From NCBI GenBank assembly GCA_022605425.2, contig CM061247.1:186001-250000 (forward strand): a stretch of 64,000 nucleotides of DNA, given 5' to 3'. A program made the position numbers and the translations under genes. The DNA comes from Hamiltosporidium tvaerminnensis FI-OER-3-3. Taxonomy: Eukaryota > Fungi > Microsporidia. The notes under the pieces are model-generated. The model ran no database searches. It saw only the letters and a list, made by a program, of their open reading frames with translations, and had not been told where the DNA came from. This document shows, piece by piece, positions 12,899 to 26,049 of the stretch. The stretch's first letter is position 1. Each line of letters opens with the position of its first letter.

Positions 12899-14199
12899 AA
12901 TCATATACTTATACTTATTTTTTTTAATGGTTTTATTATTTTTTTATATTTTTACTATACATTTTATATGCTATCATTTTTTATAATTTAATCTGAAACT
13001 TTGATTTTTTTTAGTTTAAAAATATTATTTAGATTTCAGGCAGATTAAAATTTAAAGTTTATTTAAAAAAAATAACGAATTTTTTTTTATTTATTTTAAA
13101 AAGATTAAAAATTTAATGTTTATTTAAAAAAAAATAACGAATTTTTGTTTTATTTTATTCATAAAAGATATGAATTAAATGTTTATTTAAAAAAATGTAC
13201 AAATGAATTAATTATACGCTATAAAGATTATAAATATGATAAGTAAAAGTGCGATACTAATCAAGTAATATTTGATTTAATTGTTATTAAATATATTTTA
13301 TTTTACTTAATTTATAAGTCTTTATTTTTTATAAATCGTTATCAAATATATATTAGATGAAAAAAGAAAGATTAATAAGGAATTATAATTAATATTTTCT
13401 ATTTATAATATTTTCTTTTATTTATAATATTTTCTATTATTTATAATATTTTTGATTTAAATAATTTTCTATTTATAATATTTCTTCTATTTATAATTTC
13501 TTCTATTTAAATAATTGCTATTTAAATAATTTTTTTCTATTTAACTAATTTCTTCTATTTATAAAATTGTAAAAAAAAATTCTATTATGATTTTAAATTA
13601 AATGCAATTCAAATTATTTAATAATTTACTAAATAAAGATAATTTTAAAAGATAATTTATATTTTTGGTAATCAACTTATTAAAAATATTTTATTTAAAA
13701 AAATACATTGATATTCTATATTTGGTAGTTTATTAATTAGTTTAATGTATTTATTATTAATTTAGTAAGGATAATATTTTCAAGCTAAGCAATAAAATTA
13801 TGAGAAAAATTATAGGTTTTTAAAATTATTTTTTATTATTGAAAATACGTTCATTATATGTTTGTTTAGCTGGAAGAACTATGGTAAATTTTTTATGTAT
13901 CAGTCTGTTTTTGTATTAATAAATCATATCTTTTTTCAAGCAGTATTATTAAATTATTAATTAATTAATAGAAACATTAATTTGATACAATGGCATATGG
14001 ATTTAGTGAAATTTTACTTTAAATTTTTTTTCATTCATATTTTGTGAAATTATACCCTTGTTGGACCGATGGAATAATTTTTATAACCTTAAATAAAAGA
14101 TACAAAAAAGGTACAAAAAAATTGGAAAAATATCGAGTATGGAATTTATATTATGAAACATAAATTGTCTTTAAAGAAATATAATGAGAATAAAGAGTT

Positions 14200-14900
14200 A
14201 TTATGTGTTAAAAAAAAACAAAAAGACTACAAAAATTAAATTAAAATCACGAGGTAAAGTGTTTTTTTTGCATCATGAATAAAGTCGGATTCTGGGTGTA
14301 GAAAAGAATATGAAATTCTGGCATTGGAGTGGAGCGTTTGGCAATTATTGTTGCAAATACTCGGACAGAATCATTTCAGATGCCATATTGATATGGTTAG
14401 ATGTCTATTTTTTTTAATAAATATATGTTTAATTCTTCAAAACGAATTAGGAGTCACAATGTATAAAAAATTCTTGAAAGCTTATATGCGGAAATAAGAG
14501 GGGGCATTGGGATAAAAAATTGATTTAAAAATTCTGTATATTTGACCGAAGATATACTTCGGATACTAAATTAAATAAAATCACGCACATTGAATTCGGA
14601 ATTTCTCTAAAAGACGTTGGTTTAAATTCAAGAAACAAAAGTCTAAGAAATTATAACTTACTAGCAAATGGGTTGGGTCTTATTTATAAATTTAGTGTGT
14701 TCTAATTCCTTGAATTATAACCAGGAATGATATTATTAAGAAATACGATAACTTATACCAAAAGCTACAAATAAAAGTAAAAACTATTGCATAAATGAAG
14801 ACAATACTACTTAAAAAGACGGTAGAAGTTATTTCTTTTTGAAGACTAAGAGAATTCGAAACAAAATAAAATTCCGATAAAGGTTAGTGAAATAAAAAGA
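14200..14900 (+). mobile_element. Highly degenerate R4-like LINE fragment (CCHC/REL region)
   Basis: tcttcaaaacgaattaggagtcac (SSKRIRSH), aattataacttactagcaaatgggttgggtcttatttataaa (YxLLANxLGLIYK) and cttaaaaagacggtagaagttatttctttt (LKKTVExISF), collinear with the intact copies; many stops. Confidence 0.8.
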
Positions 14901-15416
14901 ATACTATGATTTATACAAATCCTACGAACCACACATACATTTACTAAAAATTTCTGCTAAATTAAGCAAAAAGATCTAAGTAAATTAATATAAGATAATT
15001 TGAGTTTCTATTGGGAATAAAAAGACCTGAAATGATACAGTTATTTAATGTGTAAAAAGATATAGAGTGTAAAATAAGATATATAATAGATCTTTGAAAC
15101 TATATAGGAAAAATAAACATTAAACAAGGTATTATGGCATTTAATAAATTTTAAGTCTAATAACAGTTTTAAACTAAATAGTCAAAAGCTAATTTATTTA
15201 ATTAGATAACTAGAAAATATACTTTAGTGAGATATAATCTATATTAAAATATATCAAAGGTTAATATTTAAATTAGATTTATATACATAAAATAAATGGT
15301 TTGATTTTAATAGAAGATTTATATTGAAATCTAAAGGAACTGTAAATGTTTAAAACATAATTGATTAAAATATATTTAATATTTAAATATGAAAAGTATT
15401 TATTTCAATATCCTAT

Positions 15417-16148
15417 TTAAATTTTTCTTATCAAAATAAATATTAAAGAAAGTAAAAGCAATAATAATATGAGTAAAACACAGTTTTTAAGTTTATAAAC
15501 CACCTTTTTAAGGTGCAAAAACTCTTTTTCAAGTTCGAAAACAATAAAATTTTCTTTCAATTCATTATATTTTTCCAATTTAATAATTTTTGAAGAAAAA
15601 ATATCATATAAATTCATACCCTGTGTTTTTATGAATTCTTTTTCTTTAAAATCTTCCATCATTGTAGTACCAAATACTTTTAAAGAAGATAAAGTAAAAA
15701 TATCAAATTTACCATTAAAGTCTAATATTTCTATTTTAAGTATATTAGAGAAATGAGGACTATTTAATGTAAAAGATTGTGGAGATCGCTTTTTCAACAA
15801 TTCAAATGTTCCAATTTCATACCAGTTTTGATTATTCAAAATAGAAAATTTAACGCTTTTTGGAAATGAGGCTTGCCATTCCAAATTTTGCAAAATAATT
15901 AGTTTTATTTTTATTTCATCACACAGTCTTACTATAATAAACGATTCTTTACATTTTCCCATCAAATAATTGTCATTTTTTGTATTTAATATGGTTTCGG
16001 CTCTCTTAATATGTTCACTAGACATTAAAATAAACGAACCGCATATATTTGAAGCATAGTTGCATCCTTTTGCGCTTATAACTGATATATACATATATAG
16101 AAATCTATATATAGACATACCCTTGGTATCATATTTGTTTTTAAACAT
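15417..16148 (-). CDS. Slp1/SUCO-type (mid-SUN) SUN-domain membrane protein
   Basis: NYASNICGSFIL...ILNTKNDNYLMGKC..FIIVRLCDEIKI..I.LQNLE..ASFPK..WYEIGTF matches the Slp1/osteopotentia SUN pattern; N-terminal hydrophobic stretch and C-terminal TM helix. Confidence 0.8.
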   Translation of the reverse strand: MFKNKYDTKGMSIYRFLYMYISVISAKGCNYASNICGSFILMSSEHIKRAETILNTKNDNYLMGKCKESFIIVRLCDEIKIKLIILQNLEWQASFPKSVKFSILNNQNWYEIGTFELLKKRSPQSFTLNSPHFSNILKIEILDFNGKFDIFTLSSLKVFGTTMMEDFKEKEFIKTQGMNLYDIFSSKIIKLEKYNELKENFIVFELEKEFLHLKKVVYKLKNCVLLILLLLLLSLIFILIRKI

Positions 16149-17254
16149 TTTTATTGTGATTAAGGAGTTTAATTTATGGAAATAAAGATATAATTTGTAA
16201 GTAAAAAGTTTGGAACAAAAAAATATAAAATAATTGGTGATTTAAATAAAAGATTGAGATTTTATTCTTTTACTAAACAATAGAATAATAAAAGAAAAAA
16301 GTTATTTGTTTATTTACTTCAAAAGTAACAAGAGAAACAAGATATCAGTAATATCATATTATATATGTTTATTTCATTTATAGTCATTGTAATGAATGGC
16401 CATATATTGTTTTTTGTGGTAGAAGTAGTTAAAAATGGGTTACATTGTCCTCATAAAATTATATTTACTTACATTATTCCTATGGATGATCACAAGATTA
16501 AAATCATTTTTAAATTTTAAGATTAGTAAAAAGTAAAAATATGGAAAAAAATAGAAATATATTTTAAATTTATATTCTTGTAGAATTAAAATATGAATGC
16601 CTATCAAGCAGATACAGAGAATATAAAACGCACCTCAAATATAAATTATTCTGAACTTGAATGAGATTAAATGCCAAAATAAATTTAAGAGAATGGAAAA
16701 TATATCTCAAATATAAATTATTCTTAACTTGAATGAGATTAAATACCCAAAGAAATGGAAAATATATTTTAATGCTTTATTTTGTATCAAGAAATAATAA
16801 AATAAAAATTTATCAAAAATAGATAAATAATTTCTTTCATCTAACAATAAAGATTTGAAAAGGATTCTCACAGAAATATTCATTAATTCAAAATATAAAT
16901 AAATTTACAAATTAAAATTTAATCTAAAAATATATTTTGTTTTTCTTTACAAACCTTTCTTTTGATAAAAAAAAAAAAATCTTGTGTATCTTCAACTTAA
17001 AAAAACTATTATTTGTAGATTTTACTGTAAAATAACATCATATATTCTTTGGTTTTTTGAAGGGAATTTTGATTAAAAAATATTTTTTAAAACTTACGAA
17101 TTTTCGTTTGGTCTGTTGTTTGCTAGAGTTTTTATCAGAACAAAACCATTTATTCTCCTTTTTTTAGATTTTTTTAAATTACAAAATAAATCCTTTGGTT
17201 AATATTTTTTTATTAATCAGAAGACATATAAATTGTGAAAGATATCCCTGGCAA

Positions 17255-17935
17255 ATGGATACAAACGAAGAAGATGTTATGTATTTGAGTCATTCAAAAG
17301 TAGAGAAGATTCCAGAAATATCATCAAAAGTACGAAGAGTTATATTAAACAGAAATAAAATTAAAGAAATGGAATTTTTATTTCATGAAAATATAGAAGA
17401 TTTGGATCTTAATGATAACGAAATCAAGAACATTAATGGATTGGAAAATCTACCAAATCTTAAGATTTTAGATTTAAGTTTTAATTTAATAACACAAATT
17501 TCCAATATAAGCCTGACACATTTACGTGAATTATATCTTATTTCCAACGATATAGAAAAAATAGAAAATTTAGAAAATCTTCCAAATCTTATAAAACTAG
17601 ATTTGGCATGTAACAGTATTAAAAAATTAGAAAATTTAATCAATTTACCTCTTCTTGAAGAATTATACCTTGGAAATAATTATATTTCAAAAGTAGAAAA
17701 TATTGAAGAACTTAAAAATCTTAAAGTATTGGCTTTGCAAAATAATTCTTTAGAATTTGTTGATTGTATAAATATTCCTGTAAATGTTCATTCACTTTTA
17801 CTCTGTGAAAACTTTGAACTTTCTGTTGTCACCAACTGTAATCACCTTAAGTTTCTTAAATATCTTGAAATTGACAAAACACAGGTAAAAAAAGAAAATC
17901 TTAATATTAGCAGATCTGTTGATATTATTTCGTAG
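17255..17935 (+). CDS. SDS22: Sds22-like LRR regulatory subunit of protein phosphatase 1
   Basis: 22-aa SDS22-class LRRs (LxxLDLSFNxIxxIxNL, LRELYLISNDIEKIENLE). Start moved from the TTG at 17195 to the ATG at 17255, which follows a CCC motif. Confidence 0.8.
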   Translation: MDTNEEDVMYLSHSKVEKIPEISSKVRRVILNRNKIKEMEFLFHENIEDLDLNDNEIKNINGLENLPNLKILDLSFNLITQISNISLTHLRELYLISNDIEKIENLENLPNLIKLDLACNSIKKLENLINLPLLEELYLGNNYISKVENIEELKNLKVLALQNNSLEFVDCINIPVNVHSLLLCENFELSVVTNCNHLKFLKYLEIDKTQVKKENLNISRSVDIIS

Positions 17936-18024
17936 TTTTTTAACTGATTTTTATTAAAATTAAAAATGTTTTTTTTGTATTTTTTTAAATTTAATTTATC
18001 TTTTAATATTCAATATAAATTACT

Positions 18025-18097
18025 TGAGCGGTTGAAATGGTGGAAAGAATTATTTTAAAGAGAAAAATTTGTTAACCCAGAATTTTATTAAATAAAT
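18025..18097 (+). mobile_element. 73-bp 3' tail of the R4-like LINE with 11-bp TSD
   Basis: ggttgaaatggtggaaagaattatt...gttaacccagaattttattaaataaa is near-identical to the reverse complement of 44942-45012; flanked by tataaattact at 18014-18024 and 18098-18108. Confidence 0.88.
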
Positions 18098-18109
18098 TAT
18101 AAATTACTG

Positions 18110-20500
18110 AATATATTCTACTCTCAAAGTAAAATTATCAGAAACTTTTTATTCAATTATTCTATCTTGATAAGGTTTATAACTTAAAAATTATTTAATA
18201 AGTAATGTTTTACCATGTCTTTCTGCATATTAGCTTGGTTTTAGAAATAAAATATCATCCAATGATATGTCTGTCATTGAAACAAATATTATTTGGGTTT
18301 TTAAATATTAAAGAATAAAATCAATACATGTATATCCTAAATATAGCCGAAATTATGATAATAAAACTTTCCTCTTAATATAATTCGTTAAAAAATGCTT
18401 ATCATTTCTATAACTGAGATAAATAAATATTAAAAGAAATTATTTATACTTTTAATATTTAACTATTGAATCTATTCGTATTAACTATCTTACTATCGTA
18501 TTATAATATTAATTATTCTAAATTTACTTGCCTTAAGAATATCAAATTCCTCATTCTGTTTATACTTAATGATTTAAGTATTAAACTAAAATATTTAAAT
18601 AAATATTTTAGCTATAAGGTATGATATTAGCAAAGAGTCAACCTTTGGACAAAAAAATATTTTAAAATAATTTATATATTATTCTAAATGTTTAAACCTG
18701 TTTATTTTCCTCTGAAGGTATCCAGTTTGGTTTTTTAGTTATATTTTGATAAAAATTTGTTATTAGAATATTAGTTAGTATTATAACGAATAAATTTTTT
18801 ATAAATAGAAATAAAATTTTTCATTCGAATTAATTATATCTTTTTTTGGTATTTATTTTATTATTTTAGGTTTATATTATTGAAGATTTTACAAAAATGT
18901 CGTTTATATTTACACATTTCCATTTCTTTCTAATTAATTTGAATTAAAATGGTATGGATTTTATTTTGTCGATATACTTCATCTAATATTCTTCTATATT
19001 TTTTATTGCTTATTTTCAATATATGGAGATCAAAAAAATTTAAATTTATATGAAAATAGCTGAATTTTAAATAAATGTAATAGGTTTGTAAACTATATAG
19101 GTTATTAATTCTGATGTTTTAAGTTTATTTCTAAGAATATTGATCTGAGTTATATCTAATAAAACAGTAAATAGTAAGAATAAGTCATAGTTACTGGTTT
19201 TTAGATATAATAATTCTAAGTAAGTAATCTCGGTAGTTTACGATGTATTTTATTGTTTCTTTAGTAAATGTTTTCATAAATTAATATATGAGATATATTG
19301 TTCTAAATCTTGAAATTGAATTAAATTCTTGGTTCTAATTATTTGTTAGATATTCAAAAAAAGATTAATCTTTTGAATGAGTTTAATTTCTTTGACTGTA
19401 TTTACAAGTTTGCCATCCTCTCGATAAATTATTTATTCTTCGAATATATAAGGAGTTTGCATTGAGTCGAAAACTTAACTAATCAAAAGAAAAATATATG
19501 GGAAGACTAAATACAACGTAAAGTTATATTTTACTTTTATATTTGATTCTTATTTAGATGAAAATTAAAAGGCAAAAATCATTAATATCGTTATACAAAG
19601 ATATTAACACATATCAAAGTTCTGCATTTGTTTGATTATAGTCATATTAAAGATTTTTTTAATAACGAAACTTATATTTCAAAAATAATTGTATAAAAAA
19701 AAATAACAAACTAAGATTAATTAGCTTCTATATCATATTTCCATATTAGATATAACAAATACAATTTCATATTATTTATATTTATATATCTTATGCTATT
19801 TGAAAATATTAAAAACAGAGTAACTCCTAGTTTCTATTTACGTAGAATAAAGAGTAAAATAGAGCTTCATAAATTTTATATACAAAAATGTAATAAAATT
19901 TCAGTTTTAATATAACTTTTAGGTACAAAACTTTTGTATGAATAAAAAAATTAAAATTAGGATTTAATACACTTGTAATGAATATTCTTCAATTCATTTA
20001 TTTTATTACTTGTTAATAAGATTTAATCATACAATATTATCGATTTATCTGAAATCATTGATTCTTACTCTTTTTTATTTTCCTTATTGGTAATTTCTAA
20101 TTTTCCTCAATTATTTTTTATCTGAAGCATATAAATATAGAATCTATTTGCATACTTAATTCTTTGGAACGTATAGTAAATAAATTATATTCAAATTCAT
20201 TTCTGATAAGTATTTTTGTTGATCGTAATATATTTTCTGAAATATAAATTTTAGGTTTAATAAGTGTGATTGTAGTGGCGTAAAAATGGATTTAAATTTC
20301 TTAAGAAATTACTATAACTTGCTCAGAGTTAAAATCAAATTCAAAATTATTATTTTGGTATGAGTCTTAAATAGAATATAACATGACTTCATCAGTAATG
20401 TGTTTATTCATGTCAGAAATTCAAAATATATAAAGAAATGCCACGTATATATATTAAGAGAATATTTAATTAATTATCGATGTATATTTGGTCATTTCAT
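18110..20500 (-). pseudogene. Probable decayed LRR-family gene
   Basis: Broken minus-strand frames with LRR-like runs, e.g. LILKSLSINRMRNLIFLRQVNLE*LIL near 18505-18585. Boundaries approximate. Confidence 0.35.
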
Positions 20501-20709
20501 TTTCTTGCTGAAAGACTTTAATATTATTATCGATCCAAAAAGAATAAGGTTTTGATAAATTATGTATTTTATTCTAAATTATATCAACATCTCATTATCA
20601 AAATTCTTTTATTTTTATTATTTAGTTACTCAAAAATTCTTCAATTTTTATTTTCCAAAAAAAGTCTTTTTTTTTATTTCTATTTTTTAAAAACGAGATA
20701 CCCCATACT

Positions 20710-20886
20710 ATGTACGGAAAACATTTAAAACAAATCGAAGAAAATATAAATCCAATGATTTGGAATGAGGAAGAAACTTTACTTAAGAAAGAAGAATCTT
20801 TACCTAACTACGAGGCTCTATTCAAAAAAAGTAAAAAATTTTGGGAATGCGATGAAAGTGAGGAAGATAATCTATTTATCGTATAA
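20710..20886 (+). CDS. 58-aa small protein not in the ORF track
   Basis: CCCC at 20701-20704, then ATG; MYGKHLKQIEENINPMIWNEEETLLKKEESLPNYEALFKKSKKFWECDESEEDNLFIV*. Purine-rich coding-like composition against T-rich flanks; AATAAA follows the stop. Confidence 0.7.
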   Translation: MYGKHLKQIEENINPMIWNEEETLLKKEESLPNYEALFKKSKKFWECDESEEDNLFIV

Positions 20887-21189
20887 AAATGTTTTAAATA
20901 AATAATTTCGTATAAATTTATATTTCGTTTGATTTTACTTTTTTATATTCCTTCTTTCTTTTGAAATTATTTTTTAATTTTTATTTTTCTCTTGAATTTT
21001 TTATTTAATATTTTTTTACTTCCATCACTAAATTATTCTAAATCGTAAAAGTTTCTACCCTTTTTTACATTTAAAGATCAATCTTTTCAATTAAAGTTTA
21101 TTTAGTTTGTATATTTGAAGGTAAAACATTAAAAAATGAAATCAAGTTTAATTTATGCATTTTTATTATATTAATAATAATTACGGCAT

Positions 21190-21912
21190 AAAATTTTAAG
21201 GCAGCCAGATCTTTTTTAAACAGTGGCAATTGTTATATTCTTTTCATGATATTAACGCAGTTCTAGGTTTAACATAAATAATTGCACTTCAAGACTATTA
21301 TTTTTCCTTATGATGATATCAAAAACCCAAGGCTTTTATTGTAAGAAGATGTAAAGCTATTTAAAGGGCAGAGGTGTTCCAGAATGCTTGTTAACGTCCG
21401 TTATATGAATTTTATCGTAGATCGAAACTCACTCTTGGCTCCTACAGGACCATGCAGCATTCTTACTTACTCTAAACTTGTCAAACCTCATAAACTTCTA
21501 GCTAAGATTTGTGTCTGTGACTTACATAGTTTTTGCCTAGGCAGTGCAATGTCGTACCAACAAGTATAACCTGCTACTTAGTTTGCCTGCGTTAAAAGAT
21601 TTTTTTTATATCCCTAAGAGTCAAGTCTTCTAATCTGAGTGAATAAGACCAAGTTTACATGTTATTACTTGGCAATTACCTACAAGTTTAACCATATTCT
21701 GCAATCTAGTTACATAAAAATTAAAAACCAAATTTTTAGAAATTTTTTCACTATTCCGTCAAGCTCTTCCTTCTCATACAAACTCCCATGGAAAAACTGA
21801 AAAATAGTGTGCTTTTATTCCCACTGATAATAAAAAAAATAATTTTTATACCAGTTTCACATACTCATTCCCAAGCAGAACTTTTTTTATTGTGGTTATA
21901 CTTCCTACATCA
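21190..21912 (-). mobile_element. ~720-bp SINE-like family, full-length copy
   Basis: Collinear with 28055-28782; shares ttaacgcagttctaggtttaacataaataa, gcagcatt, gtgcaatgtc, aacctgctacttag, ggcaattacctaca, accagtttcaca and tgtggttat. Confidence 0.9.
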
Positions 21913-21973
21913 TTTGAAACTTACAAATTTATAACGATAAAATATTTTTTTTAATTTTTCCCTAAAAATTGAA

Positions 21974-22330
21974 ATGCTAAAATCTTTGAACTACATAAAA
22001 TCGTTATTTAGTTTTAAAAGAAATACCGAAACTAAAATAAAAGAAAATTTAATAAAAACAGTACCACTCACATTATCAATAATATCTCCGAGGTCTATGT
22101 TTACAAACGATTTCTTTAAAAAAGAATTTTTTGCAAATTTTTTTAAATCGTTGTATATTTTTGCTTTTAAACCATTTGGAATAAATGATATTGTCAAAGT
22201 ACATGGATATGAAGGTAAGGTGGATTGTCTTGATTGGTTTTATCTTAGGATTCTTAAAAAAGATAAGTCTTGTGTTTATATACCTACTAGTAGCTTATAT
22301 AATAGTGTTATCGAGATACATCAAAAGTGA
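21974..22330 (+). CDS. mscS: Truncated small-conductance mechanosensitive channel (microsporidian MscS2-like)
   Basis: FANFFKSLYIFAFKPFGINDIVKVHGYEGKV..LDW..L..KDKSCVYIPTSSL matches MscS TM3b plus the beta domain (RPFxVGDxVxxxGxxGxV...VxIPN); CCC motif upstream. Confidence 0.8.
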   Translation: MLKSLNYIKSLFSFKRNTETKIKENLIKTVPLTLSIISPRSMFTNDFFKKEFFANFFKSLYIFAFKPFGINDIVKVHGYEGKVDCLDWFYLRILKKDKSCVYIPTSSLYNSVIEIHQK

Positions 22331-24329
22331 AATATTATCTTTTATATTTTGATGAGATCAAATAATTTTTTTTAATAAATCTATTTTTTTATATATTTTG
22401 GACAAATAGATCTTTAATACTTAATTTTTATTGCAGATATGATGGCTATAAATACTTAGTTTGAAGTTTAGAGAGTTGTATGTTATGATGTAAAAGATGC
22501 GAAAAATATAATCTTAGGAAACACATGCTTAGATTTAATTATTTATATTCCATATTTTTCTAATCAAGTTAATTGATTGTTCTTTTAGTTATTATTAAAA
22601 GGTTATTTAGGAATTTATGATAATATTAAAGAATACATTAAACAGCTCACAAGGCGCAAATCTCGAACTGGATTTTAAGTTTTGGTTTTATAAATCTCCA
22701 TTTCAGTTAGAGATATAATTACACTATTACATGCGGAATAAAAACCTTGTTCCTGCTAACTCGATCACATAAAGAACTAAATTATAAATTAAAATCCGTA
22801 AAGGCGCAATTCAAACCTTAAAAATAATAAAGAAGTAGAACAAAAGAAGCAGAAGTATATTTCATAAATGAACTTAGTCTTGCTTTCATAAAACAGAAAA
22901 TATATTTAGAGAGGTGTTTATCATTTTGTAAACAAAATTTAAAACACAAAATCACTTTTTTATATGAATATTTAAAATAATGACTAAGATTCGGGTATTC
23001 CATCAGAATTACTTATAGAAAGGAAATAAACTACAAAAGACATTTCTTTAAAAATATGAAAGGTAATATATTTCTGCAAAAATCTGGTGTAATTCTTTTA
23101 CAAAAGTTCGTGGTTTTAAATTTCTTAAACTTAACTTAAATGAAACATACGATATCACATTTGAATTAATTTTTTACTTAATTTTCTTAACCAATTATAT
23201 GATTCAGTCTTAAAACAATTTATGCCTTATTTTGTTCGATTGATCAATAAAAGTCTTAGAAAATATCTAAATATTGGTAAAAACAACTTTTATTTTCAGA
23301 TATTAATTAAATAAGCGCAATATATTTAAATTAGAAATGAACAAATATAAATAATATGTATAAATTTTAGTCAATTCTTACCTTTAAACCGTTTTTTATG
23401 AAATACAAATTTCAGCGGGTTAATCATATATTTTTGTTAATGATAAAAAAATGAGTTTGATAACACAAAACAAAGAAACACACCATGAAATTTCTTAAAA
23501 ATGAAATAATATTTTATAGGTTGATGAAAAAACATATTTTAAAACAAATATGAGTCAATAAATATTTATATTGACACAGAATATACTTTACTGATATAAA
23601 GACTGTATTTTTTTACTCTCATCATTATTTAGACACTATTAGAAAAATATATCCAATCAAAATGAATATATTTAATAAATATATCATTAGAGCAAAACAT
23701 AGTGTCATGTTAAAGAAATGAGAAAAAATTTAATTTATTATTACAGAGAAAATAGCTTGGAACGTAATTTATATCTTTAAACTAAAATATATTCTTGTCT
23801 AATAAAATATCTTACATTCTTTACAGCTTGTTTCTTTTATTACTATTAGAACAGAATCCACAAATGAAAAAAAATATTAGTCGTTTAAATTGGGCTTTTA
23901 GAGAAATATTCTATCTGAATATCTTGTCAGCTTATCACAAACACCCTTATCCGAAGAATAAAGAGTGCCAATAAGTGAAAGACGAACTCTATCTTGGTAA
24001 GAACATCCGAAATCCTGGACTTAATCACAGAAACATCTTAGATATAATTTCCAAATAAAATTTCTGCTTATAGACTTTCCAATATTTATAGTCTAGATAT
24101 TTAAAAATAATTTAAACAATTAAAATATTTTTAGATTGCAGAGTAAAAAAATAAATTTCAAAAAATTATTCTTTAGAATATTTTATATGTGTAATAAGTT
24201 AAAAATTTATAATAAATATAACTTTTTCAGTAATAATCTCTAAGTTTAAAGTACTAATAATAATTTTTGTGAAATTATAATATTTCAAGCCTAAAATGTA
24301 TTGCAAATACAAAGCGAATAAAAAAATTT

Positions 24330-24735
24330 GAAAACAACTTTTTATGTTTCTTTCTTTATTCATTGATTTCATAACTTTTTTTTTGAATGATGTTTTAATC
24401 TCTATTTTGATCCGATTTTAAATAAAATTTTTACTCATTTTCATATTTTTTACGAATTTCTTCTTCAAACTAATAATACGTATTTAATATAAGACTATAC
24501 ACCAATGAGATCTATAAATTGCTCAAAATTTTAATCCCCGAGCATTTTTCATGTATAAAAAATATTTGACGTAAGTTTTATTACTATCGATTGAATTTAT
24601 GTTTCTATTAAAGTTTTATTTTGAGTTTTAATTTAAGTTTTATTTTGAGTTTTAATTTAAGTTTAATTTTAGTTATATTTTGTCACAATACCATCCCAGG
24701 TTATCACATAAGGAATTATCTCAACACTGCATCCT
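24330..24735 (-). mobile_element. Degenerate 3' fragment of the R4-like LINE
   Basis: 24682 gtcacaataccatcccaggttatcacataaggaattatctcaacactgcat nearly equals 45370-45420; weaker collinear similarity continues leftward. Confidence 0.7.
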
Positions 24736-24967
24736 AAATATGATAAGAATCATACTTAAAAACATTTGATATAAGGAATACAAAACTTATTATTGTAAGA
24801 ATATGATTAATAAATACCTCATAAAAAGTTACTTAAATATTTTAATATCCTAAAAAATACACTAAGTTTATTATTTGTAATTCTACATCAATTCTTATTC
24901 TAATATTTTCATTTGAAAATATATTTTAATTCGTTTTGAAGACTTTAATTTATATTAAATTAAACAA

Positions 24968-25670
24968 TTTTTTATCATTATATTGCTTAATTACTATTTT
25001 TAGCAGAGAACAACTATTTCCTTGAAAGAGGTCGTAAATACTTATAAATCTCTATTTTTTTATAATTATATTGCTTAATTACTATTTTTAGTAGAGAACA
25101 ACTATTTCCTTGAAAGAGGTCGTAAATACTTATAGATCTCTATTTTTTTATAATTATATTGCTTAATTACTATTTTTAGTAGAGAACAACTATTTCCTTG
25201 AAAGAGGTCGTAAATACTTATAGATCTCTATTTTTTTATAATTATATTGCTTAATTACTATTTTTAGCAGAGAACAACTATTTCCTTGAAAGAGGTCGTA
25301 AATACTTATAAATCTCTATTTTTTTATCATTATATTGCTTAATTACTATTTTTAGCAGAGAACAACTATTTCCTTGAAAGAGGTCGTAAATACTTATAAA
25401 TCTCTATTTTTTTATCATTATATTGCTTAATTACTATTTTTAGCAGAGAACAACTATTTCCTTGAAAGAGGTCGTAAATACTTATAAATCTCTATTTTTT
25501 TATAATTATATTGCTTAATTACTATTTTTAGTAGAGAACAACTATTTCCTTGAAAGAGGTCGTAAATACTTATAAATCTCTATTTTTTTATCATTATATT
25601 GCTTAATTACTATTTTTAGCAGAGAACAACTATTTCCTTGAAAGAGGTCGTAAATACTTATAAATCTCTA
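24968..25670. repeat. ~88-bp tandem repeat, ~8 copies
   Basis: gagaacaactatttccttgaaagaggtcgtaaatacttata recurs (cttg at 25021, 25109, 25197 ... 25637) with only a few C/T, A/G and A/C variants. Confidence 0.95.
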
Positions 25671-26049
25671 ATTGGTTTACAAATCTTCTAATATAGTTAC
25701 TATTTAGAATATATATGACAAATTTCTAGTTTTACTGTATTAAAACAATATATACTTTTAAACAGTTTAATATTTCATTACTTAATTCATTTAAAAAATT
25801 AATCCAAAAATTAATCTTTTATTCTATACATTATACAGTAAAAATATATTCTTATTTTATATTTCTTAGTATTTTAAAGTATAATTCATGTCAATAATAA
25901 TAAAAAGGATTAAAGGTTGTTTAAATATTAAAAAGTACTTCATTTTCTATTTTAAATTTCCATTACTTCTAATAATTTGTTTTAGTTCAGTACTAAAATT
26001 CGATATTTTTTTCCTTTCATTTTATTTCCACTATAGAATACTCCAATAC

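Noticed and set aside
13380-13570. ttctatttataatat-type repeats
   Set aside because: Low-complexity AT-rich slippage sequence with no further structure seen.
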